From: Candidatus Oleincola secundus | GTDB taxonomy: Bacteria > Atribacterota > Phoenicimicrobiia > Phoenicimicrobiales > Stramentimicrobiaceae | Length of the DNA: 64,000 bases | Direction of reading: 5' to 3' | Assembly (NCBI GenBank): GCA_018400815.1 | Contig: JAGYLS010000001.1 | Coordinates: 5,978 to 69,977, forward strand | Shown here: positions 39,347-48,600 of the stretch, one piece after another | How the letters are laid out: every line of letters starts with the position of its first letter | Numbering within the stretch: the first letter of the stretch is position 1 | Made by a program: the position numbers and the translations under genes | Notes under the pieces: generated by a model | Told to the model about the DNA's origin: nothing | The model's input: only the letters and a program-made list of their open reading frames with translations | The model's database searches: none

Positions 39347-40315
39347 TTAAACTGTTATCTTTTTTAAATTATTAAATAAAGTACCTTGTTTATTAACTGT
39401 ATTCTTTTTTACCTTTATTAGATTATGTTCTAAAAGTAATTTGCTTTCATTAGTTAAATCAGGTAGTTTAGGAATATCTATTATATTCAAACCATTTTCA
39501 TCTACATCATGTCTAATATGAAATAATACATTACCCTTATGATTAATCTTAAATTTAGAAGCTAAATAAGAATATAAAGACAATTGTAAACTATATTCAT
39601 TACCCTTACTGGCTTGTAAATGAGATATAGGATATTTAAAATATTCTTCTTTATTAATAAATGTGTCTAGTCTATTACCAGCTATATCTTTTTTAAAATA
39701 TCCAGCTTCAAATTTAATAGGAGCATTATTAGTTTTCCAATCTAATATTAAAAATGTACCCTTATCTGGATTATAACAAAACACATCTATTAACCCACTA
39801 ACTAAATTAATAACATCAAACACTCCTACTTCAGCATATATTCTAAATCCTTTATTAGTTAATAAAGATAAAAAATTATATATTATAGGATAATGTTTTT
39901 CTATTCCTTTTAATTTAAAATAATCTAAATTTAATACTCCATGATTAGGATTCTTTATTATTTCAGGTACAGTATATATTCTATCATTTACATATTTATT
40001 AGATATTCTATTATACCCATTAGCTGACTTAATCGAATCTTCTAAATAATTATGTTTTTCTGTACCAAACTCACAAGCTTCCTTGTTTATTATATCCCAC
40101 TCCTTTATTATTCTTTTAGCTGATTTACCTCTATACTTACCATAATCAGGATGTGTTGGATTTTTACCTATTCGTTCACAGGCTTTAGCTACATTCCATT
40201 TATCAAATTTATCTTTATAGTTTCCTATTAATGTAGTAACACTGGTATAGGTATTCCCATAAACATCTGTGTATTTATGTAATTCCTCATTAAAATATAA
40301 TATTATATCATTCAT
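39347..40315 (-). CDS. PD-(D/E)xK nuclease of the RecB/Cas4-like family. Probably the phage recombination exonuclease.
   Basis: Motifs IDVF...ILDWKT (D...DxK) and QLSLYSYL (RecB-family QxxxY). N-terminal H-KYTD..G..Y.SVT pattern of PDDEXK_1. Confidence 0.6.
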   Translation of the reverse strand: MNDIILYFNEELHKYTDVYGNTYTSVTTLIGNYKDKFDKWNVAKACERIGKNPTHPDYGKYRGKSAKRIIKEWDIINKEACEFGTEKHNYLEDSIKSANGYNRISNKYVNDRIYTVPEIIKNPNHGVLNLDYFKLKGIEKHYPIIYNFLSLLTNKGFRIYAEVGVFDVINLVSGLIDVFCYNPDKGTFLILDWKTNNAPIKFEAGYFKKDIAGNRLDTFINKEEYFKYPISHLQASKGNEYSLQLSLYSYLASKFKINHKGNVLFHIRHDVDENGLNIIDIPKLPDLTNESKLLLEHNLIKVKKNTVNKQGTLFNNLKKITV

Positions 40316-40360
40316 AGTTTAAATTAAAAAAGCCATGTGAGTAAATCAAACATGGCTTTA
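40316..40360 (-). terminator. Rho-independent terminator on the minus strand, between the small basic ORF and the nuclease gene.
   Basis: aaagccatg / catggcttt form a 9-bp stem with an 11-nt loop. This is followed by a U-run on the minus strand (plus strand aaattaaaaa). Confidence 0.5.
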
Positions 40361-40402
40361 GTGTTGAGAGAATAAGTAATTTGAATAATCATTAGTCCAT
40401 TA

Positions 40403-40621
40403 CTAAAACAGAATAAGAGTGTTTCTAAGTATCTTGTAAGAAACTTGCATGAAGCTACCTTTTTTATTTTTGCTTTTGTTGATCTCATTGATAAAGGGTT
40501 TTACATTACCTTTGACCTTGTTAGTAGCAGATTCTTTAACGATGATGTTTTTGATTTTTGTTTTCATAATCTTAATTATTAATGACATTGCAAAAATAAT
40601 ACAGATTAGTCTAATATGCAA
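40403..40621 (-). CDS. Small basic protein. The likely true start is the internal ATG, giving about 54 aa (MKTKIKNIIVKES...).
   Basis: ORF. The N-terminal 18 codons of the tracked ORF are hydrophobic and may not be translated. Confidence 0.3.
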   Translation of the reverse strand: MHIRLICIIFAMSLIIKIMKTKIKNIIVKESATNKVKGNVKPFINEINKSKNKKGSFMQVSYKILRNTLILF

Positions 40622-40633
40622 GTTTTATTTCAA

Positions 40634-41041
40634 TTATTTTATGCTTTTAACATTTTTAAACTGTGATTTTAGTTTATTAGCCAGATTGCCATTTTCTTTG
40701 TCTCTGATTTCTAAATTTCGTTTGGCTATTGATTTCTTTAATAGATTCTTTTTCTGAATATCATTTATAGTATCCTTATCTATACCTTGTTCTTTTAAGT
40801 ATTTATCAAAATAAGCATAACCTGTTATTTTTGATTCATTACAAATAAATGTACCAAGTTTAGGAAAATTAAAATCTACTTTATTATTAAAAGCATCAAT
40901 ACAAGCAGCTAGATTTATATTATGTATTGCTAATAACTCTTCTTCAGTAAAGCCTTTTAATCTTTTATTGGCTTTTGATATTATAGTATTCTTACAAAAA
41001 CTACTATCTTTTAAATCAATATCTAAGTCAAAATTATACAT
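40634..41041 (-). CDS. Hypothetical protein, 135 aa.
   Basis: ORF. Second gene of the minus-strand arm. Confidence 0.45.
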   Translation of the reverse strand: MYNFDLDIDLKDSSFCKNTIISKANKRLKGFTEEELLAIHNINLAACIDAFNNKVDFNFPKLGTFICNESKITGYAYFDKYLKEQGIDKDTINDIQKKNLLKKSIAKRNLEIRDKENGNLANKLKSQFKNVKSIK

Positions 41042-41525
41042 CGAATACTTTATTAGCTTCTTTAGTAGTAAGTTTAATTTCTGAATCTAAATCTAATAAT
41101 TGTTTAGCTGCTTCTGAAGTAGAATCATAATAACCTAATATTCCATAAGCGGGAATAATAACATATTCTTCTAACTTATATCTTTTAATTCTACTAATTA
41201 TTATCTTTCTTTGGTCAGGTGTTAGCTTTTCAAATAAACTAGAATAATATTTAAATGATTTAGTATTATTAGGTAAGTTAACACCAAAAGGAGCTGAATT
41301 AGTATAATCATTAGTTAGTTTAACTACATCACCTATTTGAAAACCATGTGTAGTTGGCCCATATCCTTCTACAGTTAATACAGTTTTATCATTATAATCT
41401 TTAGGTATTTTACCTTGACTAAAAGCCATAGCTGATACATTATAACTAATCTTCAATAATACATTATCTCCAATTAGTTTAATAGGTTGTCTTGTTTGTG
41501 GTGGTCTTGATTGTGTAAAGTCCAT
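41034..41525 (-). CDS. First gene of the minus-strand arm, 163 aa. It has a weak GroES-like co-chaperonin pattern.
   Basis: IKLIGDNVLLK ... GKIPKDYNDKTVLTVEGYGP ... FQIGDVVKL resembles GroES (P.GDRVLVK ... G.VVAVGPG ... VKVGDKV). The similarity is low. Confidence 0.3.
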   Translation of the reverse strand: MDFTQSRPPQTRQPIKLIGDNVLLKISYNVSAMAFSQGKIPKDYNDKTVLTVEGYGPTTHGFQIGDVVKLTNDYTNSAPFGVNLPNNTKSFKYYSSLFEKLTPDQRKIIISRIKRYKLEEYVIIPAYGILGYYDSTSEAAKQLLDLDSEIKLTTKEANKVFDV

Positions 41526-42791
41526 AAATTTAATGTTTAATTAGTAATGTATATTAATATGTAAAACAAATATTAGCTGAAAAATATTTTCTTTTAACTG
41601 GGCTAGTTCTAATTAGAACATTTTTATATAATTGCAAGTAATAATTTTTTATTATTATATACATTATAAATAATTTGTTTTAATTTTTGCAATCTTCCTT
41701 AAATTAATTTTTATAATTTAAAATAATTTTTTATTATCGTATTTTATAATTTCAATTAGTTATTTTTTAATTATTTTTCAAATAATTACAAACAACTATT
41801 TCAATTACAAAATATAAAACTTTTTAAATATATCTTAAATCTTAAATACTTGGCAAAGTTAGTAAAAATAAATGACAATGGCAACTACATTTAACATTTT
41901 TTAACATTTTTTAATTTATAACTACTTGATTATCAATACTTTACAAATAGATATATTTTTATCAATATTAAAAACTCTACTATTATCTATTGTATATTCT
42001 ACATTTACAATCATTAAATCTATTTTTGTTATTATTAATATTATTATCAATATCTTTATTAAATTTATTATATAATCAAATAATTACACAACATCTTGTA
42101 AGCCTGCCCGGAGGTTCTTCGGAAAATAATACATATAATTGGCACGACTTTTCCAATATCTACTATAATCTACTATTTAACCTAATGTTTAAACTAATGT
42201 ATTAAGTCTATTAGCAACTATAGTATTTAATAAATCAACTAAATTATTAGTTCAGAGACAATAAAAATACACCATAATAAATAGATATTAAATAAATAAA
42301 CTGTGATTAATAATATAGATGCTATAATAATACTAATAATATAGATTTTAATAATAGTAGAATAATACTAAATAATATTATGATATTTTAGAAATAACAT
42401 TAGGTTATATGATAGAAATTTAAATAATATATAATAATGAAGATTGATTTATTCTGTGGTTGATTTTAATAATTGATTAAATTGTAGATTGAGATAGGTA
42501 AAATTTAAAATTATAAAATGTAATTTTAAGCATGAGTCTCTCTTATCCTATACCCCCACTACAATTTTGGTTTTGAAGTACCCCGTCTCTTTTTGTCAGA
42601 GGTATTATTACTAATGTTAAAAAGGGACCCTTTACACTTGTCTCTCCTCATATTCACGCAATGGTTGATAATAGAAATCAGGCAGCATTCTTACCTAATG
42701 CTCCTCGCACACTTAGCAATAAAGTCTGCCTGATTATTTTTAATGATTGATGAAATGATCCTATACATACGACAATAGTGGTCTTGGCTTT
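41526..42791. promoter_or_regulatory. A 1.27-kb AT-rich divergent intergenic region. Presumed to hold early and late promoters and possibly an origin.
   Basis: No ORF. Very AT-rich (over 80%) until 42.5 kb. A 10-bp tandem repeat ttaacatttt x2.5 lies at 41891-41915, and iteron-like aataatacta(a)ataata copies lie at 42330-42400. Confidence 0.5.
42676..42745 (+). promoter_or_regulatory. Hairpin plus U-run upstream of the moron gene. It could be a terminator, an attenuator or a small RNA.
   Basis: aatcaggcag...ctgcctgatt forms a 10-bp stem with an inner gcatt/aatgc stem. It is followed by atttttaat. Confidence 0.35.
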
Positions 42792-43541
42792 ATGCCTATT
42801 TTTAATGTAATTAATATGTTTAATTTAAAATCTTATCTTATGAAAAGAGATGAATTTAGTGCTAAGATGATTGAACTTAATGTTGACGCAGCAGATGTTG
42901 ACAGATTAGTAGCAATTCCCGGTATCAATGGCAAAACTTATGCTCAATATGCAAAGAGAATTGCTGAATCTGGTGATCCGATCAATGAAGTAACTGCAAT
43001 CATTGCCGAAAGCATCCCGGTAGATGATAATGTATTCTCCATTGACAGACCAGAAAGAGTACTGGCTACTGGTAAAATTGTATCCTGCAAAGTACAAAAA
43101 GCGTACAAAGGATCAACAGCCAGTGTAGTTAATGAAGATGGCAGTGTAACATTACCTACAACAGATTGGCAACGTACTCATTACAGATTAGTTTTGTCTG
43201 TAGACAATGATGTTATCGTTGTTATAGCCGGACACAGGAAAATGTATCAACAAACAGAAGAGATGTTGAGTGATTCGGAAATGTCCATTGATCGTAAAAT
43301 CATTAATGCGGTAAATGGTAAAAATGCTACCCTTGAATTTGATGTGTTTAAACCTGGTAAAATATATCAGATTGAAGGTAGTGATACTGTTAAAAGACCT
43401 GATGTCCTCGAAAGACATTTAGTAGACTTATCCATTGGTGAATCCGAAGATCAACGAAGGATCGAGTTCATTCAAAAACTCATGGAAATCTCAGGAGGAC
43501 AGTTAACCCCAGAGATAGTAGAGTTGAGCAAGTCTATCTAA
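42792..43541 (+). CDS. Hypothetical protein encoded by a GC-elevated (about 40%) moron. The likely start is ATG at 42840.
   Basis: ORF with codon usage unlike the rest of the phage. It is flanked by its own structured leader and a terminator. No family recognised. Confidence 0.55.
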   Translation: MPIFNVINMFNLKSYLMKRDEFSAKMIELNVDAADVDRLVAIPGINGKTYAQYAKRIAESGDPINEVTAIIAESIPVDDNVFSIDRPERVLATGKIVSCKVQKAYKGSTASVVNEDGSVTLPTTDWQRTHYRLVLSVDNDVIVVIAGHRKMYQQTEEMLSDSEMSIDRKIINAVNGKNATLEFDVFKPGKIYQIEGSDTVKRPDVLERHLVDLSIGESEDQRRIEFIQKLMEISGGQLTPEIVELSKSI

Positions 43542-43568
43542 GAAACGAGTGTAACCTCCTTTAGCAAG

Positions 43569-43598
43569 TCTCCCAGATCATCGGGAGATTTGCTTTTT
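43569..43598 (+). terminator. Rho-independent terminator after the moron gene.
   Basis: tctccc-agatcatc-gggaga hairpin followed by tttgcttttt. Confidence 0.5.
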
Positions 43599-44008
43599 AT
43601 AACTAATACGACAGTTGAATTAAAAGTTAGAATAAAATTAAGTGAAGTTATGATTATGAAGATAGATATGAAGATAGATATGAGGTGTAGTCTGAACACT
43701 CTCCTAAGATTATCTCTACTATTCTAAACAATCATCCATTTGAAAATTAACAGTTCTTAATCTCACTTTAAATAAAACTAATCTTACCTCAATTAATATT
43801 AATACTCTAGTTAATAATCTTTAAACTACATTACAGCATCACATTAAAGGTATTAATTACAATATTAATAAACTCTTTAGACCTGTTAATAATCCTAAAA
43901 TTATTTGTTTTTTAAAATAAAATTATTATCTTTACAAGTCAAATTCAACAATACAGAAATAATAGTAATAAATAATAGTAATAAACAGTATTTTATTAAT
44001 ATTATAAT

Positions 44009-44203
44009 ATGCAATACAATCTACTGAAACAAGTTATGAAAACTACTAAAGAGAAACTGCAAGAGTTGTTTAATCAAAAAGTAATTGAACACTCTAAAGA
44101 TAAAGAGGTTGACTTAAATGCTTTCTTCAATGATCCTAAAATACTTAAACGTATTAAAGATCAAATTGAAGTTGTTAAATTAATTCAAACTTCTAATAAT
44201 TAA
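44009..44203 (+). CDS. Small hypothetical early protein, 64 aa.
   Basis: ORF in a low-coding-density region. Confidence 0.3.
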   Translation: MQYNLLKQVMKTTKEKLQELFNQKVIEHSKDKEVDLNAFFNDPKILKRIKDQIEVVKLIQTSNN

Positions 44204-44833
44204 GGTGATTTGGTATGTCGACCTTGAATATTTATTCTGCGGATTGAATATGTCTAAAGAGAACATACTAATCTACAGGATAGGGATGAAAGCCTGAGTA
44301 ATAGATTATAAAATCATATTCCAGTAATATTAATACACATGCTTGGCGTGTCAATATTAATAGCTACGTTGGTAATGTTACAACCATTTCTTTTTAGTTG
44401 AGTAATTAACTAAATCTTATCACAACATTAATTGTGCGATAAAATAGTGTTTCTAAAGTCAAACATTATGCCTTTGTTGTGGTAAGATTTTATTCTTTTT
44501 AGTTGAGTGATTAAGGTGTACAAATCATGCGTTGTAGTAATACAAGTTCACTAACTAAAAACTTTAATAAGTATGGAAAATTTAACAATTGAAATTGTAG
44601 CTATTGTATCTTGTGTAATAACTTTTTTTGCAGGATATACAATAGGTAAAGGAGTTTATGAGAAAACATATAAAAATAAAAAACTCCATTAAACCCCATC
44701 TAAAGATTCAATTGATAATGTAAAATTCATCAATGAATTAAATCCGATTGTAGTAGATATTTACAATCTATTTATAAGTGAAAATGGAACTAAACACTTC
44801 ATTGAATTAAGTCATAATATCTTTATAGATAGT

Positions 44834-45034
44834 ATGAATATTTTAATTTGGGCTGCTAATGACAGATTTCATAGACATTTTACTTCAATACCAACACACA
44901 TGCTAAAAACAGCAAATATGGCAATAGATGAAATTAATAAATCACTATCTTTAGCTGATAAAACAGTACTAGATAGAATTGTTAATGCTGTTAAAGTAAA
45001 TAATAAAGAGTTTTTATCAAGATTGTTCGTTTAA
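44834..45034 (+). CDS. Small hypothetical protein, 66 aa.
   Basis: ORF. Confidence 0.3.
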   Translation: MNILIWAANDRFHRHFTSIPTHMLKTANMAIDEINKSLSLADKTVLDRIVNAVKVNNKEFLSRLFV

Positions 45035-45047
45035 TAACTAAAACCTT

Positions 45048-45401
45048 ATGGTGTATAGGCAACCGTACAAAGTCATGCAAAACTACAACCAACAACAGCA
45101 AGCTGTAATCCTTAAAGGGATAGCACAACAAATCCTTTCAATGAATGTTCCATCTTTCAAGGTAGTTAAGAAACTATTTGAAGAATTTGGAATTGATTTT
45201 GAAGGTGATTTACTATATTCTCAAATGTATGCTGCTTTAAAAGTAGCAGTATCATTGAGTGATGATAGTAAAGAAGTAATAAAACATGACTTTAATCTTA
45301 AAGATAAATCAGATATAGTCCATAGAATTGCTCATTTTGCTTTAAATATGGATGAACCTGGTGAAATAAAATTGAGATTGAAAGTTATGTGTGAAAAATG
45401 A
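45048..45401 (+). CDS. Hypothetical protein, 117 aa.
   Basis: ORF. Confidence 0.45.
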   Translation: MVYRQPYKVMQNYNQQQQAVILKGIAQQILSMNVPSFKVVKKLFEEFGIDFEGDLLYSQMYAALKVAVSLSDDSKEVIKHDFNLKDKSDIVHRIAHFALNMDEPGEIKLRLKVMCEK

Positions 45402-45420
45402 TACAAAAGAGTGCTAATAA

Positions 45421-45606
45421 GTTTGGAGTGTGTATGATGTAATCGAAAGCATAGCTTGTAAGAATGTTTGGGTTTGAATCCCAGTGCACACCATTCTATT
45501 TCCAAATAAGTTAGAGTTGTAATATGTACCATTATAAGTATCATATTACATTGGGGTGATACATTACAACTTCACCCAACATAGATAGGGTGACACTCTT
45601 TTTTTT
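45421..45606 (+). ncRNA. Candidate small structured RNA containing a tRNA-like T-arm and acceptor 3' fragment. It ends at an intrinsic terminator.
   Basis: gtgtgta(45428-34) pairs with tgcacac(45485-91). T-arm ttggg-TTTGAAT-cccag at 45468-45484. Long imperfect hairpin gttgtaatatgta/tacattacaac. Terminator caccc..gggtg + T8 at 45574-45606. Confidence 0.3.
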
Positions 45607-45917
45607 AATGATATAGTAACAAGTAATAGACCTATACACGTAGAAACTGCAACCATAAGAACGCAAGCATTTGAAGATGCGTACTCACGATATAACTATT
45701 ACTTGTTACTTTCTTATAATGATTGATGCTAACTTACGGTCTAAAGGGTTACAATCTGGTATGTAAATAGGTTGATTTAAAATACACTAAGAGTTGGGGT
45801 TATACCTATACAAGCAACATTAAGTTGGCGATATGTATCTCTTTAAGTAAAATAAATTTGTAAAAATATTCCTGAGTCAGATCATCAATCATTTTTTATT
45901 AACTAAAATATTTACAA

Positions 45918-46625
45918 ATGAAAACAAAAAAAGTAAAACCAGTACTGATTAAAAGTGAAAAATTCACTAATATAGTTCAAATATTAAAAGATACTATTTC
46001 ATTTACTACTACACCAAATATACCTGGAGGTAAATACTTACAATTAATCTTAATCAGTTTAGATCCTGATGAAAAGATTGAAGATGGAGATATATTACTT
46101 GATTCAGATTTAAAAACAAGTTTTGAACTATTTTCACCTTATGAAGAAGGAGATATTGCAGTAGATAAATTCTATAAAGTAATAGCAAACCAACACCAAA
46201 TACCTCCAGAATATATTAAACAATTTATTGGAGAATATAATAAAGGTGAAGTTAAAAATGTTGAAATTGAGATGGAGGAATATGATTATGTTGAAGAATG
46301 GTCAGATAACCACGGTGCGTATGAAACATTTAAATTAAAACCTAGAATAACCAATGGTTTTGTTACTATTATTAATAATCATACAGAAGAAAAAAATATT
46401 ATTTATGGTGATAAAGCATATTCTTTTGATGAATTTCGTAAATTAATGACAAAACCAAATCCTATCTATCTTATTGATCCGACAGATATTAAAAATCCAA
46501 AACCAGTTTATACAGAAGAAGAAGTTAAAGATTTAATTCTTAAAGCTTTTGATACACAAGAAAAGTATCAAATAGTTGATAAAGAATTAATACTGGATTG
46601 GTTCGATCAAAACAAAAAGAAATAA
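45918..46625 (+). CDS. Hypothetical protein, 235 aa.
   Basis: ORF. Confidence 0.5.
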   Translation: MKTKKVKPVLIKSEKFTNIVQILKDTISFTTTPNIPGGKYLQLILISLDPDEKIEDGDILLDSDLKTSFELFSPYEEGDIAVDKFYKVIANQHQIPPEYIKQFIGEYNKGEVKNVEIEMEEYDYVEEWSDNHGAYETFKLKPRITNGFVTIINNHTEEKNIIYGDKAYSFDEFRKLMTKPNPIYLIDPTDIKNPKPVYTEEEVKDLILKAFDTQEKYQIVDKELILDWFDQNKKK

Positions 46626-46627
46626 AT

Positions 46628-46864
46628 ATGAGTACACATATAAAAACAATAAAAGGATCTTATCATAAAGAAGTATCCGCAGCATTTAAAGTAACACATG
46701 AAAAAGCTGAAATATCCTTAATTAAATTTTCTAATGGAAAAAAGTTAGGTAATAGTATTCAGTTAAACATAGACCAAGAAGAAGGCTATGATAGTTACAT
46801 TCATCTTACAAAACAACAATGTGAAGAATTAACTAAAGCTCTATCAGAATGGATAAACCAGTAA
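46628..46864 (+). CDS. Hypothetical protein, about 78 aa. The start was chosen at the first ATG after the upstream stop.
   Basis: The tracked ORF 46598..46864 overlaps the upstream gene. The ATG at 46628 follows the TAA at 46623-25. Confidence 0.4.
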   Translation: MSTHIKTIKGSYHKEVSAAFKVTHEKAEISLIKFSNGKKLGNSIQLNIDQEEGYDSYIHLTKQQCEELTKALSEWINQ

Positions 46865-47057
46865 GTTTGAATTAACAAAGTTGCTAAAAGAAAAAGGGTT
46901 TGATATAAAAGCAAAATGGCTTGAACATAACCTTTTATTAAACTTTATAATTATGATAACTTTATTAATAATAGTAGGAGTAATTTCTATTTTAATAGGA
47001 TTACTCTTAGGAACAATTTTAGATAATTAACAATTTACAAATTAAAAACTTAAACAA

Positions 47058-47480
47058 ATGATTAATTTTCGGATTCTTCATCAATTAAAAAGATTAGTAA
47101 CTACATTAGAACAAACACAAATAAAAGATGTAGTTAAACAAACAACATTAATTCCTAAAAAGGAAGCATACTCTTTTAGTAAAACAGATAAAGAAAGAGA
47201 TATGCTTAAACAAGCAAAAGCTAATTCTACATATTCTGAAATAGGTAGAATTAACTCTGGTTTTAAAAGATCAGGATTTAAAGAAGAAGTTACACCTGTT
47301 GGTAAATTAGTAATCCATGTTAAAAACAAAGGATTAAGATCAAATAACACTAGTAAGTTCTATAGAACTACTTATTCATTCAGAGTAAGGGAAACAGAAA
47401 TAGTAGATATTATTCTTCAATTAACAAAAAAAGGAGAAGTAATAACAAAAATAATGTTTAATGGTAAACCAATAAAATAG
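47058..47480 (+). CDS. Hypothetical protein, 140 aa.
   Basis: ORF. Confidence 0.45.
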   Translation: MINFRILHQLKRLVTTLEQTQIKDVVKQTTLIPKKEAYSFSKTDKERDMLKQAKANSTYSEIGRINSGFKRSGFKEEVTPVGKLVIHVKNKGLRSNNTSKFYRTTYSFRVRETEIVDIILQLTKKGEVITKIMFNGKPIK

Positions 47481-47481
47481 T

Positions 47482-47883
47482 ATGAAAAAACATATAGAAA
47501 ATTACAAAAAATATGCAAATCCAACTAAAGAACAATTAGAAGGATTTATAGCTGGTTTAAAAGTAAATTCTTCATCTAGAGGATTAGTTACATATAAGCG
47601 AAAGTATGATGGTTTAGATGAAAAAACAGCTAAAGTTCAAGAAGATGGGTATTGGACATTGGAATTAATGAAGTTGTTAATTAAAAATTTAGATAATCCA
47701 GATATAGATGTAGTTGATATTGAAGTCGGAAAAGAAGATTGCATTGGATTATCTAAATACTTCTTTGCTATGATTCTAGCAAAAGGGCTTGGACTTAATG
47801 TTCATAATTTTGGTCATGTGAAAGGATTAAAAGTTATAGAAAATGATGAAAAGATAACCATGATTATGACTAGAAAACAGTAA
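47482..47883 (+). CDS. Hypothetical protein, 133 aa.
   Basis: ORF with start adjacent to the upstream stop. Confidence 0.45.
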   Translation: MKKHIENYKKYANPTKEQLEGFIAGLKVNSSSRGLVTYKRKYDGLDEKTAKVQEDGYWTLELMKLLIKNLDNPDIDVVDIEVGKEDCIGLSKYFFAMILAKGLGLNVHNFGHVKGLKVIENDEKITMIMTRKQ

Positions 47884-47948
47884 ATAAATTAGCCTACTTT
47901 TTCTTTATAGTTAGAGTAGGCTATTTAATAATTAAACATTTTAAAACA

Positions 47949-48176
47949 ATGAACATATTTAAAATACTAATACCGAAAGAAAATGTCCAAGAAGTTAGAG
48001 AACTTGAAAGCTGGAAAGTAAGTTGGACAGTTGCTAAATCTATTAGATGGGGCGAAGGTACTATGAACTTTAAATCCTTTATAGACAAAAATGAAGCAGA
48101 AGAGTTTAAAAAGCAACTTGAAGAAAGTGCAAAGTTTATAGACACTCCAATAGTTACTAAATTAGAAAAGAACTAA
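47949..48176 (+). CDS. Small hypothetical protein, 75 aa.
   Basis: ORF. Confidence 0.4.
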   Translation: MNIFKILIPKENVQEVRELESWKVSWTVAKSIRWGEGTMNFKSFIDKNEAEEFKKQLEESAKFIDTPIVTKLEKN

Positions 48177-48245
48177 TGAGACCTAATACAGAATTTAAAA
48201 TGAAAGCATTACATATACATATTGTTAGCGTTTCGTTTTTGAGCG

Positions 48246-48533
48246 TTGGCAGTACAAAACTTAAATAAAATGGATAATGTTGGAAGAATTATAAATGATT
48301 TCTATTGTAACGGTTATTTTGGCCGTGATTACGATCTTTCAGGTGCTGAAATAATTGCAGAAGGTGATGACTACCTTGTGATAAGAAAAGAAAATGGAAT
48401 AGTTGAAACATGTAATTTTCAAAGTTGGAATTGTAATAGAAATGAAGATGGAACTCTTGCTGGTGGAATATCAAATCTTCAATGTATGGATAGAGATGAA
48501 AAACAAAAACTGATTGATAATTGGTGTGCGTAG
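48246..48533 (+). CDS. Small Cys-rich hypothetical protein. The likely start is the internal Met at about 48270.
   Basis: ORF. Confidence 0.4.
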   Translation: MAVQNLNKMDNVGRIINDFYCNGYFGRDYDLSGAEIIAEGDDYLVIRKENGIVETCNFQSWNCNRNEDGTLAGGISNLQCMDRDEKQKLIDNWCA

Positions 48534-48600
48534 GTAAATGAACGCTAACAGTCAGTAGCTTATTTACATTTACTATTAAACATTTTAAATACATTAAGAA

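Noticed and set aside
43655-43760. Second group I intron suggested by another tagtctga S-like element at about 43687.
   Set aside because: No matching P, Q or R elements nearby, and no split gene flanking it.
45421-45492. A tRNA gene.
   Set aside because: The acceptor pairing and T-arm are present, but only 31 nt lie between them, so no D arm or anticodon arm can be formed. It is therefore described only as a tRNA-like 3' fragment. No other convincing GGTTCGAATCC-type T-loops were seen in non-coding regions.
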